The notes under the pieces were generated by a model, which ran no database searches, was not told the origin of the DNA, and was given only the letters and a program-made list of their open reading frames with translations. Position numbers and translations under genes: made by a program. A stretch of 15,199 nucleotides of DNA from an uncultured bacterium (GTDB taxonomy: Bacteria; Lernaellota; Lernaellaia; Lernaellales; Lernaellaceae): NCBI GenBank assembly GCA_964534375.1, contig CAZHPN010000152.1, forward strand, positions 1 to 15,199. The letters run 5' to 3'. This document shows, in pieces, positions 15,147-15,199 of this stretch. The stretch's first letter is position 1. Each line of letters opens with the position of its first letter.

Positions 15147-15199
15147 ATGGCGCGAAATGATGTCGAAAAACGCCCGCTGCGGATCGTGCTCGCGGGCAA
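15147..15199 (+). CDS. feoB: Ferrous iron transporter B, N-terminal fragment (runs off the right edge)
   Basis: Reads MARNDVEKRPLRIVLAG(N/K), the lead-in to the FeoB G1 motif (IALAGNPNxGK), directly after a FeoA-domain gene. Confidence 0.72.
   Translation, partial: MARNDVEKRPLRIVLAG

Overview
This is a GC-rich bacterial chromosomal window; the gene content suggests a deltaproteobacterial/Myxococcota-like lineage, but that is inference. From left to right: the 5' end of glpK (- strand), then an intergenic heptamer inverted-repeat element. Next is a + strand run of a DUF3467-like gene, a DUF502-like gene, two GT2 glycosyltransferases and an ArnT/PMT-like GT-C. A convergent ~1120-aa hybrid receptor follows (sugar-binding-like/7TM-DISM sensor + histidine kinase + receiver + class III nucleotide cyclase). 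After it comes a lower-GC Type II restriction-modification-like cassette: an HTH controller coupled to a PD-(D/E)xK nuclease, divergent from an alpha-class m6A methyltransferase, with a readable promoter/operator switch between them. The rest is a neutral-ceramidase-like gene, a coupled three-gene membrane module headed by a degenerate PP2C, and a DtxR-FeoA fusion regulator followed by the start of feoB. The best candidates for follow-up are the controller-regulated R-M cassette, the 7TM-HK-REC-cyclase and the pseudo-PP2C module. All family calls come from motifs recognised by eye; no database searches were run.
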